Below are positions 10,101-21,262 of a DNA stretch of 64,000 nucleotides, one piece after another. The translations under genes were made by a program, and so were the position numbers. Position 1 is the first letter of the stretch. Every line of letters begins with the position of its first letter. Source of the DNA: Thermoflexus hugenholtzii JAD2 (GTDB taxonomy: Bacteria; Chloroflexota; Dehalococcoidia; UBA2979); NCBI GenBank assembly GCA_945903275.1, contig CAMDNW010000002.1, positions 75,829 to 139,828 of the forward strand, written 5' to 3'. Under the pieces are notes generated by a model that did no database searches, was not told the origin of the DNA, and saw only the letters and a list, made by a program, of their open reading frames with translations.

Positions 10101-10829
10101 GTGCGATTCCGCCCCTCGACCGCCGCCGTGCTCGTGCTGCTCACGCTCGCGGTTGTGGTGCTGTGCGCACTCGGCACCTGGCAGGTTTACCGGCTGCTCG
10201 AATCTCGTGAGGCCGACGCGCTCCGCGAGGCTCGCGTCGCCGCCCCGCCGCTGGACTGGGCCGCCGCTCGCGCGCTACCCAACGAGGAGGTCACCTACCG
10301 CATCGTGCGTGTCGCCGGCCGGTGGGATCACGCGCATACGATGCTGATCGCGAACCGTGACCAATACTTCACGCTCGGCCGCGAGGCGGTCACGCCGCTG
10401 CTGCCTGAGGGCGGCGGCCCCGCCATCCTCGTGAATCGCGGCTGGTTCCCGGACGTGCGGCAGGGCGAAGTGCTCGCGGCGCTCGCGACAGAGTCCGGCG
10501 CGACCGTCGAGGGCCTCGCGCGGTACGTCGGGGACGAGTTGTTGCCGGGGCGGCAGTTGCCCTCGGGACAGTGGACGCGCCTCGATCCCGCCGTGATGGG
10601 GCGCGAACTGCCGTACGAGGTGGTTCCGTGGCAACTCACTCAGGGTCGCCGCGAAATCCCCGGCGACGAACGGCAGCCGCCCACTGTGTTCCCGGTGCAG
10701 CGCTACCGGGTCGGCGGATTCACGCCGCCGCATCTCGACTACATCATCACCTGGTATGGCCTCGCAATCGCGCTGGTCGCGACCGCAGTGATTCGGCTGC
10801 GCAAGCGGGCGGCACCGCCGCCAGCCTGA
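10101..10829 (+). CDS. SURF1-family cytochrome oxidase assembly protein
   Basis: N-terminal TM, then GTWQVYRL, and a C-terminal TM with YIITWYGLA, the typical SURF1 topology and motifs. Confidence 0.75.
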   Translation: MRFRPSTAAVLVLLTLAVVVLCALGTWQVYRLLESREADALREARVAAPPLDWAAARALPNEEVTYRIVRVAGRWDHAHTMLIANRDQYFTLGREAVTPLLPEGGGPAILVNRGWFPDVRQGEVLAALATESGATVEGLARYVGDELLPGRQLPSGQWTRLDPAVMGRELPYEVVPWQLTQGRREIPGDERQPPTVFPVQRYRVGGFTPPHLDYIITWYGLAIALVATAVIRLRKRAAPPPA

Positions 10830-10865
10830 GTCGTAACCTCACTCAAACATCAACATTATCCACAT

Positions 10866-10885
10866 CTGTGGATAACCATACGTTC
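10866..10885. promoter_or_regulatory. perfect inverted pair of consensus DnaA boxes (TTATCCACA tc TGTGGATAA)
   Basis: Read directly: 9+2+9 bp palindrome in an AT-rich 78-bp intergenic island between SURF1 and the GDPD gene. Confidence 0.4.
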
Positions 10886-10907
10886 GCGTATTGATAACGT
10901 GACGTAA

Positions 10908-11645
10908 GTAGCCTCGTGTCATGGGAATCAGCGCAGACTCGCTCACGCTTGGAGTCCACCATTCGCAGTTGTCGCTCGTCTCAGCACCGCTCACCACCGC
11001 CCACTGCCGCGGCAATCACCTCGTCTCGCTCACGCCGAGGCTGCGGGTTTCGACATGGTCGAAGCGGACATCTGGCTGCATCGGGGACGGCTGGAACTCC
11101 GGCACAGCAAGACCCTGAGGCTGCTCCCGCTCCGATGCGATGAGTGGACGCTGGAATCAGGACGGCGTCCCTGCCTGACTTTGCCCGCACTGCTGCGCGC
11201 TGCGGCATCTGAGACGACGCTATCGCTCGATCTGAAGGGCCACGAGGCCCGACTGCCCACCGCGGTCATCGAGGCCATGCGGCGGCTCGTGCCGAGCCGG
11301 CCTTATGCAGTTTGCTCACCGTCGCGGGATCTGCTCGAACCGTCCATCGACGAGCCCAAGGTTCGCGTTATCCCTTCGATTGGCTCGAAGTCGATGCTGC
11401 GCGATGTGCGCGCGCGGCTGCGCGACATCACCGATCCCGCAGTTTCAGTGGATATCCGCCTGCTCACGCGACAGCACACGGCATACCTACGAAAGTGCGC
11501 CGCGCTCGTCGTCGGCTGGACGATCAATGACTCCCTCGAGGCGCAGCAAGCGCTGGGATGGGGCGTGAACGGCATCACCAGCGACAATCACGATCTGCTG
11601 CACGGCCTGCTCGCGACACGAGGCGCCGCCACAGCCGCAGCCTGA
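10908..11645 (+). CDS. glycerophosphodiester phosphodiesterase (GDPD) family protein, start uncertain
   Basis: ORF 11055..11645 begins mid-domain. Manual in-frame translation upstream gives ...STAHHRPLP...LAHAEAAGFDMVEADIWLHRGRLELRH, matching the GDPD H-R and E-x-D blocks. The C-terminus VNGITSDN resembles GVDGIITD. The nearest in-frame candidate start is GTG 10908. Confidence 0.55.
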   Translation, partial: VASCHGNQRRLAHAWSPPFAVVARLSTAHHRPLPRQSPRLAHAEAAGFDMVEADIWLHRGRLELRHSKTLRLLPLRCDEWTLESGRRPCLTLPALLRAAASETTLSLDLKGHEARLPTAVIEAMRRLVPSRPYAVCSPSRDLLEPSIDEPKVRVIPSIGSKSMLRDVRARLRDITDPAVSVDIRLLTRQHTAYLRKCAALVVGWTINDSLEAQQALGWGVNGITSDNHDLLHGLLATRGAATAAA

Positions 11646-11722
11646 CCGCCACATCCAGCCACCGCACCGCCGCCCCGTATACTGACTCGCGTTCCCCGCT
11701 AAACCGCGCACTACCGAGGTAG

Positions 11723-12160
11723 ATGAGGAAGGACGCCGCGATGTCCGTGCCCGCCCGCGTGAACCTCGTCACCTTTGGGGTGAGCGATCTCGCCCGCGCC
11801 ACGGCGTTCTACCAGGCGCTCGGTTGGCCGCTCGCGTCGGCATCGGTGGATAGTGAGGTCTCGTTCTTCCGCACCGGGGGCTGCATTGTTGGCCTATGGG
11901 GCCGCGACAACCTCGCAGCCGACGCACACGTCCCCGCGACACATCCACAGCCGTTCGGCAGCACGTCGCTCGCCATCAACGTCGAGTCGTCCGAGGCTGT
12001 TACCGCAGCCCTCGATGCCGCCGTCTCGGCGGGCGCGACGCTGTGCAAAACGGGTGAGGCCACGAACTGGGGCGGCTTCTCCGGTTACTTCGCCGACCTC
12101 GACGGCCACCACTGGGAGGTCGCACACAACCCCTTCTGGCCCCTCGACGCCGAGGGCTAG
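11723..12160 (+). CDS. VOC/glyoxalase-family protein
   Basis: Glyoxalase-like beta-alpha-beta-beta-beta module (LVTFGVSDLARATAFYQALGW...HHWEV). A possible internal start lies at ATG 11741. Confidence 0.7.
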   Translation: MRKDAAMSVPARVNLVTFGVSDLARATAFYQALGWPLASASVDSEVSFFRTGGCIVGLWGRDNLAADAHVPATHPQPFGSTSLAINVESSEAVTAALDAAVSAGATLCKTGEATNWGGFSGYFADLDGHHWEVAHNPFWPLDAEG

Positions 12161-12195
12161 GTCACTGCGTAACGAACAGAGCAAGGAGCATATCA

Positions 12196-14757
12196 ATGAC
12201 CACAGCAGCCGCTCAGCCCACCGCCCGCGATGTCCTCACACAGGTTGAGGCCGAGGGGCGCGCCGCGCGCATCTCCAACGTGTCGTACCAGCTCGTGCTC
12301 GACCTCACGCGCGGCGCGGCGACGTACAAGGGCGCCATCGATGTCAGTTTCCGCCTCACGGGGAGTGGCGACACGTTTCTGTGCTTCCGCGGTAAGACGA
12401 TCACGCGCCTCGCAGTAAACGGCACAGCGCTCGATGCCGCGCCACTGTGGAACGGCTACCGTCTCACGTTGCCGGCGGCAAACTTGCAAGCCGAGAACAT
12501 GGTGCGTGTGGAGTACGAAAACGAGTACGACCACACCGGCGACGGCTTCCACCAGTTCACCGATCCGGAAGACAGCGAGGAATATCTCTACACCAACTTC
12601 GAGCCGTACGAGTCGCACCGGCTGTTCCCGAACTTCGACCAGCCGGACATTAAGGCCGACTACACCCTAGTCGTCGTCGCGCCCGCTGACTGGGTGCTGA
12701 TCCACAATTCGTCAGCCGTGAACATGGAACCGGCCAGCGACGGCCGTACACGGCACCACTTCGAGACGACGAAGCCGTTCAGCACGTATCTATTCGCGCT
12801 GGTCTGTGGGCCGTTCCATGTCGTGCGCGAGACGCACCGGAACATCCCGCTTGGCTTTTTCTGCCGGAAGTCGCTGGTGCAGTATATCGAGGCGGATCGC
12901 GAGGAACTGTTTACTATCACCAAGCAGGGGCTCGACTTCTACGAGGATTTCTTTGCGACGCCGTACCCGTTCGGGAAGTACGACCAAATCTTCGTCCCGG
13001 AGTTCAACGCCGGGGCGATGGAGAACGTGGCCGCGGTCACGCACTCGGAACGCCTCGTGTTCCGCGACCCGCCGACGGACACACAGCGGCTGAGCCGTGC
13101 CGAGGTAATCCTGCACGAGATGGCGCACATGTGGTTCGGCGACCTCGTGACGATGCGGTGGTGGAACGACCTGTGGCTGAACGAGTCGTTTGCGACCTAC
13201 ATGGCCTACCTCACGCTTGCAGAAGCGACGCGCTTTACGTCCGCATGGCAGGCATTCAACTCGGGCATGAAGTCATGGGCCTACCGGCAGGATCAATTGG
13301 TCACGACCCACCCAATCGCGGGGCAGGTGCCGGACACGGAGCACACGTTCCTGAACTTCGACGGCATCACGTACGGCAAGGGTGCGTCTGTCATCAAGCA
13401 GCTCGTCGCCGCGATGGGCATCGATGGTTTCCGCAACGGGATGCGCATCTACTTCCAGCGCCACGCCTACGGGAACACCACACTGTCGCAGTGGCTGGAC
13501 GCGCTCGGTGAGGGCGTCGGCCGCGACCTGCATGAGTGGGCGGAGGCATGGCTGGAGACGCCGTCTCTGAACACGATCGCCGCACAGGTGGACGTCGACG
13601 GTGAGCGCGTTACACGCCTCGCACTCACGCAGATAGCGCCGGCCGACTACCCGACGATCCGCCCGCACCATCTCGAGGTCGCGCTGGTGCGCGGGCAGGG
13701 CGCGACAGCGACCGTCGATACATTCCCGGTGGACATCGCGACCGCGGAGGTAGAGGTGCCTGCCGCGATCGGTAAGGCCGCGCCGGACTTCGTGATGCCG
13801 AACCACAACGACCACGGGTTCACCAAGGTGGCGCTCGACGAGCGCTCGCTCGCGTACGTCCGCGAGCACCTCGGCGGCATCGAGGATCCGCTGCTGCGGC
13901 AACTGACGTGGCAGGCGCTGTGGAACATGGTGCGCGACCAGCAGTTGAAGTCGACCGACTATCTGGATCTCGTCGGACGGCAGATCAGATCGGAGACCAA
14001 CCCGGAGCTGATCGAAACCATTCTCGCTACCGCGAGCGCCGCGATCTCGCGCTACCTCCCCGACCAGTGGCGTGACCGCGAGGCGCACCGCTTCTTCGAG
14101 GCGGCATGGGGCATTCTGCAGGCCGCACCGCAAGGCGACATGCAGATCACGTGGGCGCGCACGCTCATCGGCGTCGCAGTCACGCCAGATGACATCAGGC
14201 ACGTCGCCCGCCTCGCGGACGGCGAGATTTCGGTGCCCGGCCTGACCATCGACCAGGCGATGCGCTGGGAGATCGCAGCGCGCTACATCGGCTATGGCCT
14301 CGAAGGCGCGCAACAGCGTGTGGCGAAGGAACGGGCGAACGACCCATCGGATCGCGGCCAGCGGGCGCTACTGCGCTGCGAGACCTCGGTACCCGACGCC
14401 GTGGTGAAGGCCGAAGCTTGGCGCAGGTTCCACGAGGAAGGCTACGGCTCGCTGCACCTCACGACGGCCGCGATGGGCGGCTTCCAGTGGTACACCCAGC
14501 GCGACCTGATCCAGCCGTATGACGAGCGGTTCTTTGAGATCGTGACGAAGGTCTACGAGGAGAAGCCGCAAGAGTTCACCCGCGCTTACTTCGGTGCGCT
14601 GTTCCCCGGCTATCGCGTGGATCGGTCGATCCTCGAACGCTCACAGCGGTTCCTCGCGACAGTCAGCCCAGAGCTGCCGACGCTGATCCGCACGCTCCGC
14701 GAGGCCAACGATGATCTTGAGCGCGCAATCAAGTGCCGCGAGTTCGCGCTGTCATGA
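12196..14757 (+). CDS. pepN: aminopeptidase N (M1 family zinc metallopeptidase)
   Basis: GAMEN exopeptidase motif, then HEMAHMWFGDLVT with a downstream NESFATY (HExxH-x18-E zinc site). The 853-aa length fits M1 peptidases. Confidence 0.92.
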   Translation: MTTAAAQPTARDVLTQVEAEGRAARISNVSYQLVLDLTRGAATYKGAIDVSFRLTGSGDTFLCFRGKTITRLAVNGTALDAAPLWNGYRLTLPAANLQAENMVRVEYENEYDHTGDGFHQFTDPEDSEEYLYTNFEPYESHRLFPNFDQPDIKADYTLVVVAPADWVLIHNSSAVNMEPASDGRTRHHFETTKPFSTYLFALVCGPFHVVRETHRNIPLGFFCRKSLVQYIEADREELFTITKQGLDFYEDFFATPYPFGKYDQIFVPEFNAGAMENVAAVTHSERLVFRDPPTDTQRLSRAEVILHEMAHMWFGDLVTMRWWNDLWLNESFATYMAYLTLAEATRFTSAWQAFNSGMKSWAYRQDQLVTTHPIAGQVPDTEHTFLNFDGITYGKGASVIKQLVAAMGIDGFRNGMRIYFQRHAYGNTTLSQWLDALGEGVGRDLHEWAEAWLETPSLNTIAAQVDVDGERVTRLALTQIAPADYPTIRPHHLEVALVRGQGATATVDTFPVDIATAEVEVPAAIGKAAPDFVMPNHNDHGFTKVALDERSLAYVREHLGGIEDPLLRQLTWQALWNMVRDQQLKSTDYLDLVGRQIRSETNPELIETILATASAAISRYLPDQWRDREAHRFFEAAWGILQAAPQGDMQITWARTLIGVAVTPDDIRHVARLADGEISVPGLTIDQAMRWEIAARYIGYGLEGAQQRVAKERANDPSDRGQRALLRCETSVPDAVVKAEAWRRFHEEGYGSLHLTTAAMGGFQWYTQRDLIQPYDERFFEIVTKVYEEKPQEFTRAYFGALFPGYRVDRSILERSQRFLATVSPELPTLIRTLREANDDLERAIKCREFALS

Positions 14758-14789
14758 CGACGACGCGATGAGCCGCTAATACCCCGCCG

Positions 14790-15199
14790 CTGCCCGGCGA
14801 CCACGAGCCGATCGCGGGGCCGCACGATGTTTCACTGCGCCCGATCGTGCTAGATGACCTCGACACGCTGCATCGCTGGCAGCACGAGGCCGAGGTTGTG
14901 CAGTGGTGGGGCGAGCCTACCGAGGATCGCGAGGAGTTCCGCGCGGACTACTTCGGCGGTACGAACTTCGGGGCGATCATAGGTACGTCCTCGATGATCG
15001 CCGCATTCGGCACAACAGCCGGGCCGCTCATCGCGGGCATTCTGGCCGACCGCACCGGCAACTACGAGTCCGGCTTCACCCTCCTCGCAGTCATGGCGGC
15101 CCTCGGCAGCATTTTTTCATCCTCGCGCGCCCGCCGAAGACGCCGGAGGACGCCGCGCGCATCGATGAGCCTGAGATGGAGGCGGTTACCGCGCGCTAA
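14790..15199 (+). pseudogene. chimeric gene remnant: AAC(6')-like GNAT N-terminal fragment fused in frame to an MFS-transporter C-terminal fragment, with a -1 frameshift in a T6 run
   Basis: Manual translation ...HDVSLRPIVLDDLDTLHRWQHEAEVVQWWGEP is a GNAT N-terminus. It is followed directly by GAIIGTSSMIAAFGTTAGPLIAGILADRTGNYESGFTLLAVMAALGSIF, typical MFS last-TM sequence. The MFS tail FFILARPPKTPEDAARIDEPEMEAVTAR continues in another frame (ORF 14903..15199) after the run cattttttcat. Confidence 0.6.
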
Positions 15200-15225
15200 C
15201 CGACTGCGTAGGTAAGTGAAGAGGC

Positions 15226-15265
15226 CCGCACCTTTCGGTGCAGGCCTCTTCACTTAGTTCTGGAA
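15226..15265. terminator. stem-loop between convergent acnA and the chimeric remnant
   Basis: agtgaagaggcccgcacc tttc ggtgcaggcctcttcact: an 18-bp stem with one G-U pair and a 4-nt loop, immediately 3' of the acnA stop. Confidence 0.5.
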
Positions 15266-15269
15266 CCGG

Positions 15270-17954
<2,685 letters not shown>

Positions 17955-18174
17955 CGAGTCACCCCCCCCCATTTATCGTCCCCGCCAGCACATCCAGTCG
18001 AGGTTCGTGCCGCACATCGTAGCGAAACAGCCGCCCGGAGACAGCCTGTAGCCCTGACAGTCTTCCGCTCGTAGGCGACCAGGCCGCTGGAGCCGTCTGA
18101 GCCGCACAGGAGCGCTCTCGGTTGAACGGCCCGAGACTGACCGCTACGCTGGTTTCTCGCGGGAGCCCCAACTG

Positions 18175-18251
18175 GGGCCGTTAGCTCAGTTGGTACGAGC
18201 GCTCGCTTCACACGCGAGAGGTCAGTGGTTCGAGTCCACTACGGCCCACCA
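18175..18251 (+). tRNA. tRNA-Val(CAC)
   Basis: Cloverleaf folded by eye. The 7-bp acceptor GGGCCGU/ACGGCCC pairs. Anticodon loop UUCACAC, T-loop TTCGAGT, encoded CCA. Confidence 0.85.
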
Positions 18252-18310
18252 TGGACGCTCGCGTGAGCAAGGTGTCACGGTCCGCAGCCGGGGCACTGGA
18301 TGATGGCCAC

Positions 18311-18397
<87 letters not shown>

Positions 18398-18445
18398 TTG
18401 TTTCGTATGGTTGAATTGGTCAGGTTGGTCTGTACGCGCTCGTAG

Positions 18446-18521
18446 CTCAGGGGATAGAGCGCAGCCCTGCGGAGGCTGAGGTCGTAGGTTCAAATCCTAC
18501 CGGGCGCACCATTCTTCGTTC
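18446..18521 (+). tRNA. tRNA-Arg with unusual GCG anticodon
   Basis: Acceptor GCGCUCG/CGGGCGC with one G-U pair, D-loop A20, anticodon stem CAGCC/GGCUG, loop CU-GCG-GA with G37, T-loop TTCAAAT, encoded CCA. Anticodon position read directly from the fold. Confidence 0.7.
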
Positions 18522-18859
18522 TGCTTTCAGGCTGCATCCCACATTCACCGCTCCCTTTGAACAGCGCCTGTATGCATGACGCCCGCGCGGTAACGGGTCT
18601 GTAACGCCCCATGGCGCATCTTGAAGATCGCTCATCGTCTGCTACAGGTACCTACTGCCTCAAGCTCCTGCAGTAGACGATGCGTCTCCACGCCGCGCGG
18701 GCGCATTGTGACGCGGCCCTCACCTCACTACGACACGATTAACGCCCTGACGTTGCGTACTAGTCCACTGCCTCATGCACCACTCTTCCCGGTTTCTGCG
18801 CCACTGTGTACATGGAGCGAGCAATTTGCCGTGTTCGCGCTCATCGTAATCGGAACACA

Positions 18860-19030
18860 CTGATCGACAGCGGAGTCTTCGCCGCACTTGTCACTCTTGG
18901 CGGCTGGCATAGCGTGTTGAGCGCGCTGCTCGCTTCAGCGAGCGGCTTCCTCGCCGGAGCGCTGAACTATTGGAACTCGCGCCTCACATTCCATGGCGCG
19001 AGGCGATCCAGGACCACCTTTGGGTGATTC
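18860..19030 (+). pseudogene. GtrA-family (polyprenyl-phosphate sugar flippase-like) N-terminal remnant
   Basis: LIDSGVFAALVTLGGWHSVLSALLASASGFLAGALNYWNSRLTF matches the first half of GtrA proteins (VDxG...N..WTF). It stops after ~55 aa, has no plausible start, and the second half is missing. Confidence 0.45.
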
Positions 19031-19126
19031 ATGGTGGTGACTAGCCTCGGTCTGTTGGTCGCAACAACCGTTTTTGCGGTTACACGATCGCTCTGGCCAC
19101 GCGCAGCCTCATCGCCTCTCCAGGAC

Positions 19127-19144
19127 GGGAACGGGCCGGTTCCC
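19127..19144. promoter_or_regulatory. GGGAAC-N6-GTTCCC inverted repeat ~90 bp upstream of uvrC (candidate SOS/LexA-like operator)
   Basis: Read directly: perfect 6-bp arms with a GAAC/GTTC core as in LexA (Cheo-type) boxes, but with non-canonical 6-bp spacing. Confidence 0.3.
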
Positions 19145-19229
19145 TCTACCAGCTCGTTTCTGTGTCCGGCACTGTCCTTATATCCGGACCTGGGCACGGT
19201 CTCATTCATACCCTCGCTACACTGGTTCC

Positions 19230-21152
19230 ATGACCGAACCGGCCGTCCTCCAGCAGGTGCGGGCGCTACCTGAGCGCTCGGGCGTCTACATCATGCGTGA
19301 CGCCCGCGGTGATGTGCTGTACGTCGGCAAGGCCACCAACCTCCGCTCGCGCGTTCGTTCGTACTTCGGCTCCTCGCGCGGGATGGAGCCGAAGATCTAC
19401 GCGCTCGCGGAGTCGGTCACGACCATCGACCACCTGCTCACCAACTCGGCCGCCGAGGCGCTCCTGCTCGAAGCCACGCTCGTAAAGCGCCACCAGCCGC
19501 CGTACAACGTCCGGCTGAAAGATGACAAGCACTATCCCTACCTGAAGGTCGATGTCCAGAACGACTGGCCTCGCGTGACCATCACCCGGCGCGTCGAGGC
19601 GGACGGCGCGCGCTACTTTGGGCCGTATGCATCGGCGGGGTCGGTGCGGCGGACGCTGGATGTCGTGAAGAAGCTGTTCCCGTGGCGGTCGTGCACCAAA
19701 ACGATCACCGGCACCGACCCGCGGCCGTGCCTCGACTACTACATCAAGCGCTGCATCGCGCCCTGCACCGCGTACTGCACCAAGGAAGAGTACGCCGCCG
19801 TGATCGGCCAGACGATCCTGTTCCTTGAAGGGCGCAGCAGCGAGGTGCTCGACTACGTGGAGGCGGACATGCTGCGCGCCTCGGAGGCGCTCAACTTCGA
19901 GCGGGCGGCGATCCTGCGCGACCAGGCGCAATCGATTCGCTTGGTCACCGAGCGGCAGCGCATGGCGACCACCACGCCGCTGGACGCCGACGTATTCGCG
20001 CTGTCCCGCAACGGCGGCGAGGCGTGCGTGCAGGTCTTCTTCGTGCGTGGCACCGTGGTCGCCGACACCGACTGGTTCCTACTGGACGGCGCGCAGGATG
20101 CGAGCGACGCCGAGGTGCTGGGCGCGTTCCTCGCGCAGTTCTTCGAGTCCGCGACCTACGTACCACGCCACTTGCTGCTCTCGCACACCCCGGCCGACCT
20201 CGAACAACTGACCGAAGTGCTGCGCGGGAAACGTGGCGGCGCGGTGGAGGTGCGCGTGCCCGAGCGCGGCGAACTGCGGGTGCTGGTGGCAAGCGCCGAA
20301 GAGAACGCGCGCTCCGCGCTCACCGCCTACCGTGTGCGCTGGCTCTCCAATCGCGAACGCACCTCGGCGGCGCTCGACGGGTTGCAGGAGGAGCTTGACT
20401 TGCCCGCGCCGCCGCAGCGCATCGAGTGTTATGACATCTCGACCATCCAGGGGACAAACACCGTGGCCTCCATGGTGGTGTTCGAGGACGGCGCACCTGC
20501 CTCGGCGCAGTACCGGCGGTTCCGCATAAAGACCGTGGAGGGGCAGGACGACTTCGCCTCGATGCGCGAGGTGCTGCGGCGCCGCTTCGCCAGCGTGGCC
20601 GAGCGCCGCCGCCGGGAGCGCGAGGGTGCCGAGGCGGTCGCAAGCCTCGCTGTCCCGCCATTGGCCGAGACTGGCCAGCCAGATGAGGATGATATCGAAG
20701 CAGCCGAAGAGATGTCGTCATGGGACACCGTCCCCGGTTTGATCGTGATCGATGGCGGCAAAGGACAGCTCAGTGCGGCGCTGGATGTGATGCGCGACTA
20801 CGGCCTCGGTGACATCCCGATCTGTGGACTCGCCAAACGCGAGGAAGAAGTGTTCGTTGCGGATGTCGACGACCCGATCATCATCCCGCGCGACGCGCAG
20901 GCGCTGTACCTGCTGCAACGCGTGCGCGACGAAGCGCACCGCTTCGCGATCACGTACCACCGCACGTTGCGAGGCAAGGGCGTGCGCGCGTCGTTGCTCG
21001 ATGCCATTTCGGGCGTCGGACCGGTGCGCAAACGTGCGCTGTTGCGGAAGTTCGGATCGGTGCGGGCGCTGCAGGACGCAACCGTCGATGAGATCGCCGC
21101 GACCGCCGGATTTACGCGCCGCCTCGCGGAGACGGTGAAGCGTTCGCTCTAA
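19230..21152 (+). CDS. uvrC: excinuclease ABC subunit C
   Basis: GIY-YIG N-terminus (GVYIMRDARGDVLYVGKA...NLRSRVRSY), then the UvrBC interaction region and a C-terminal HhH (GVGPVRKRALLRKFGS). ATG 19230 was chosen over the longer six-frame ORF. Confidence 0.93.
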   Translation: MTEPAVLQQVRALPERSGVYIMRDARGDVLYVGKATNLRSRVRSYFGSSRGMEPKIYALAESVTTIDHLLTNSAAEALLLEATLVKRHQPPYNVRLKDDKHYPYLKVDVQNDWPRVTITRRVEADGARYFGPYASAGSVRRTLDVVKKLFPWRSCTKTITGTDPRPCLDYYIKRCIAPCTAYCTKEEYAAVIGQTILFLEGRSSEVLDYVEADMLRASEALNFERAAILRDQAQSIRLVTERQRMATTTPLDADVFALSRNGGEACVQVFFVRGTVVADTDWFLLDGAQDASDAEVLGAFLAQFFESATYVPRHLLLSHTPADLEQLTEVLRGKRGGAVEVRVPERGELRVLVASAEENARSALTAYRVRWLSNRERTSAALDGLQEELDLPAPPQRIECYDISTIQGTNTVASMVVFEDGAPASAQYRRFRIKTVEGQDDFASMREVLRRRFASVAERRRREREGAEAVASLAVPPLAETGQPDEDDIEAAEEMSSWDTVPGLIVIDGGKGQLSAALDVMRDYGLGDIPICGLAKREEEVFVADVDDPIIIPRDAQALYLLQRVRDEAHRFAITYHRTLRGKGVRASLLDAISGVGPVRKRALLRKFGSVRALQDATVDEIAATAGFTRRLAETVKRSL

Positions 21153-21262
21153 CCTCGAGTGGCTATCATGCGCATAGCGTGGGGCACGCGCGATGGCAAA
21201 TCACAACCGTCGGATGGGCAGATTCCGATACCTAGACAGCCCAGCACCGGAGGCGCTATAAC

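Noticed and set aside
10866-10885. Chromosomal origin (oriC) at the DnaA-box palindrome
   Set aside because: Only one box pair plus one weak box is present. No dnaA or dnaN genes or AT-rich DUE cluster are nearby.
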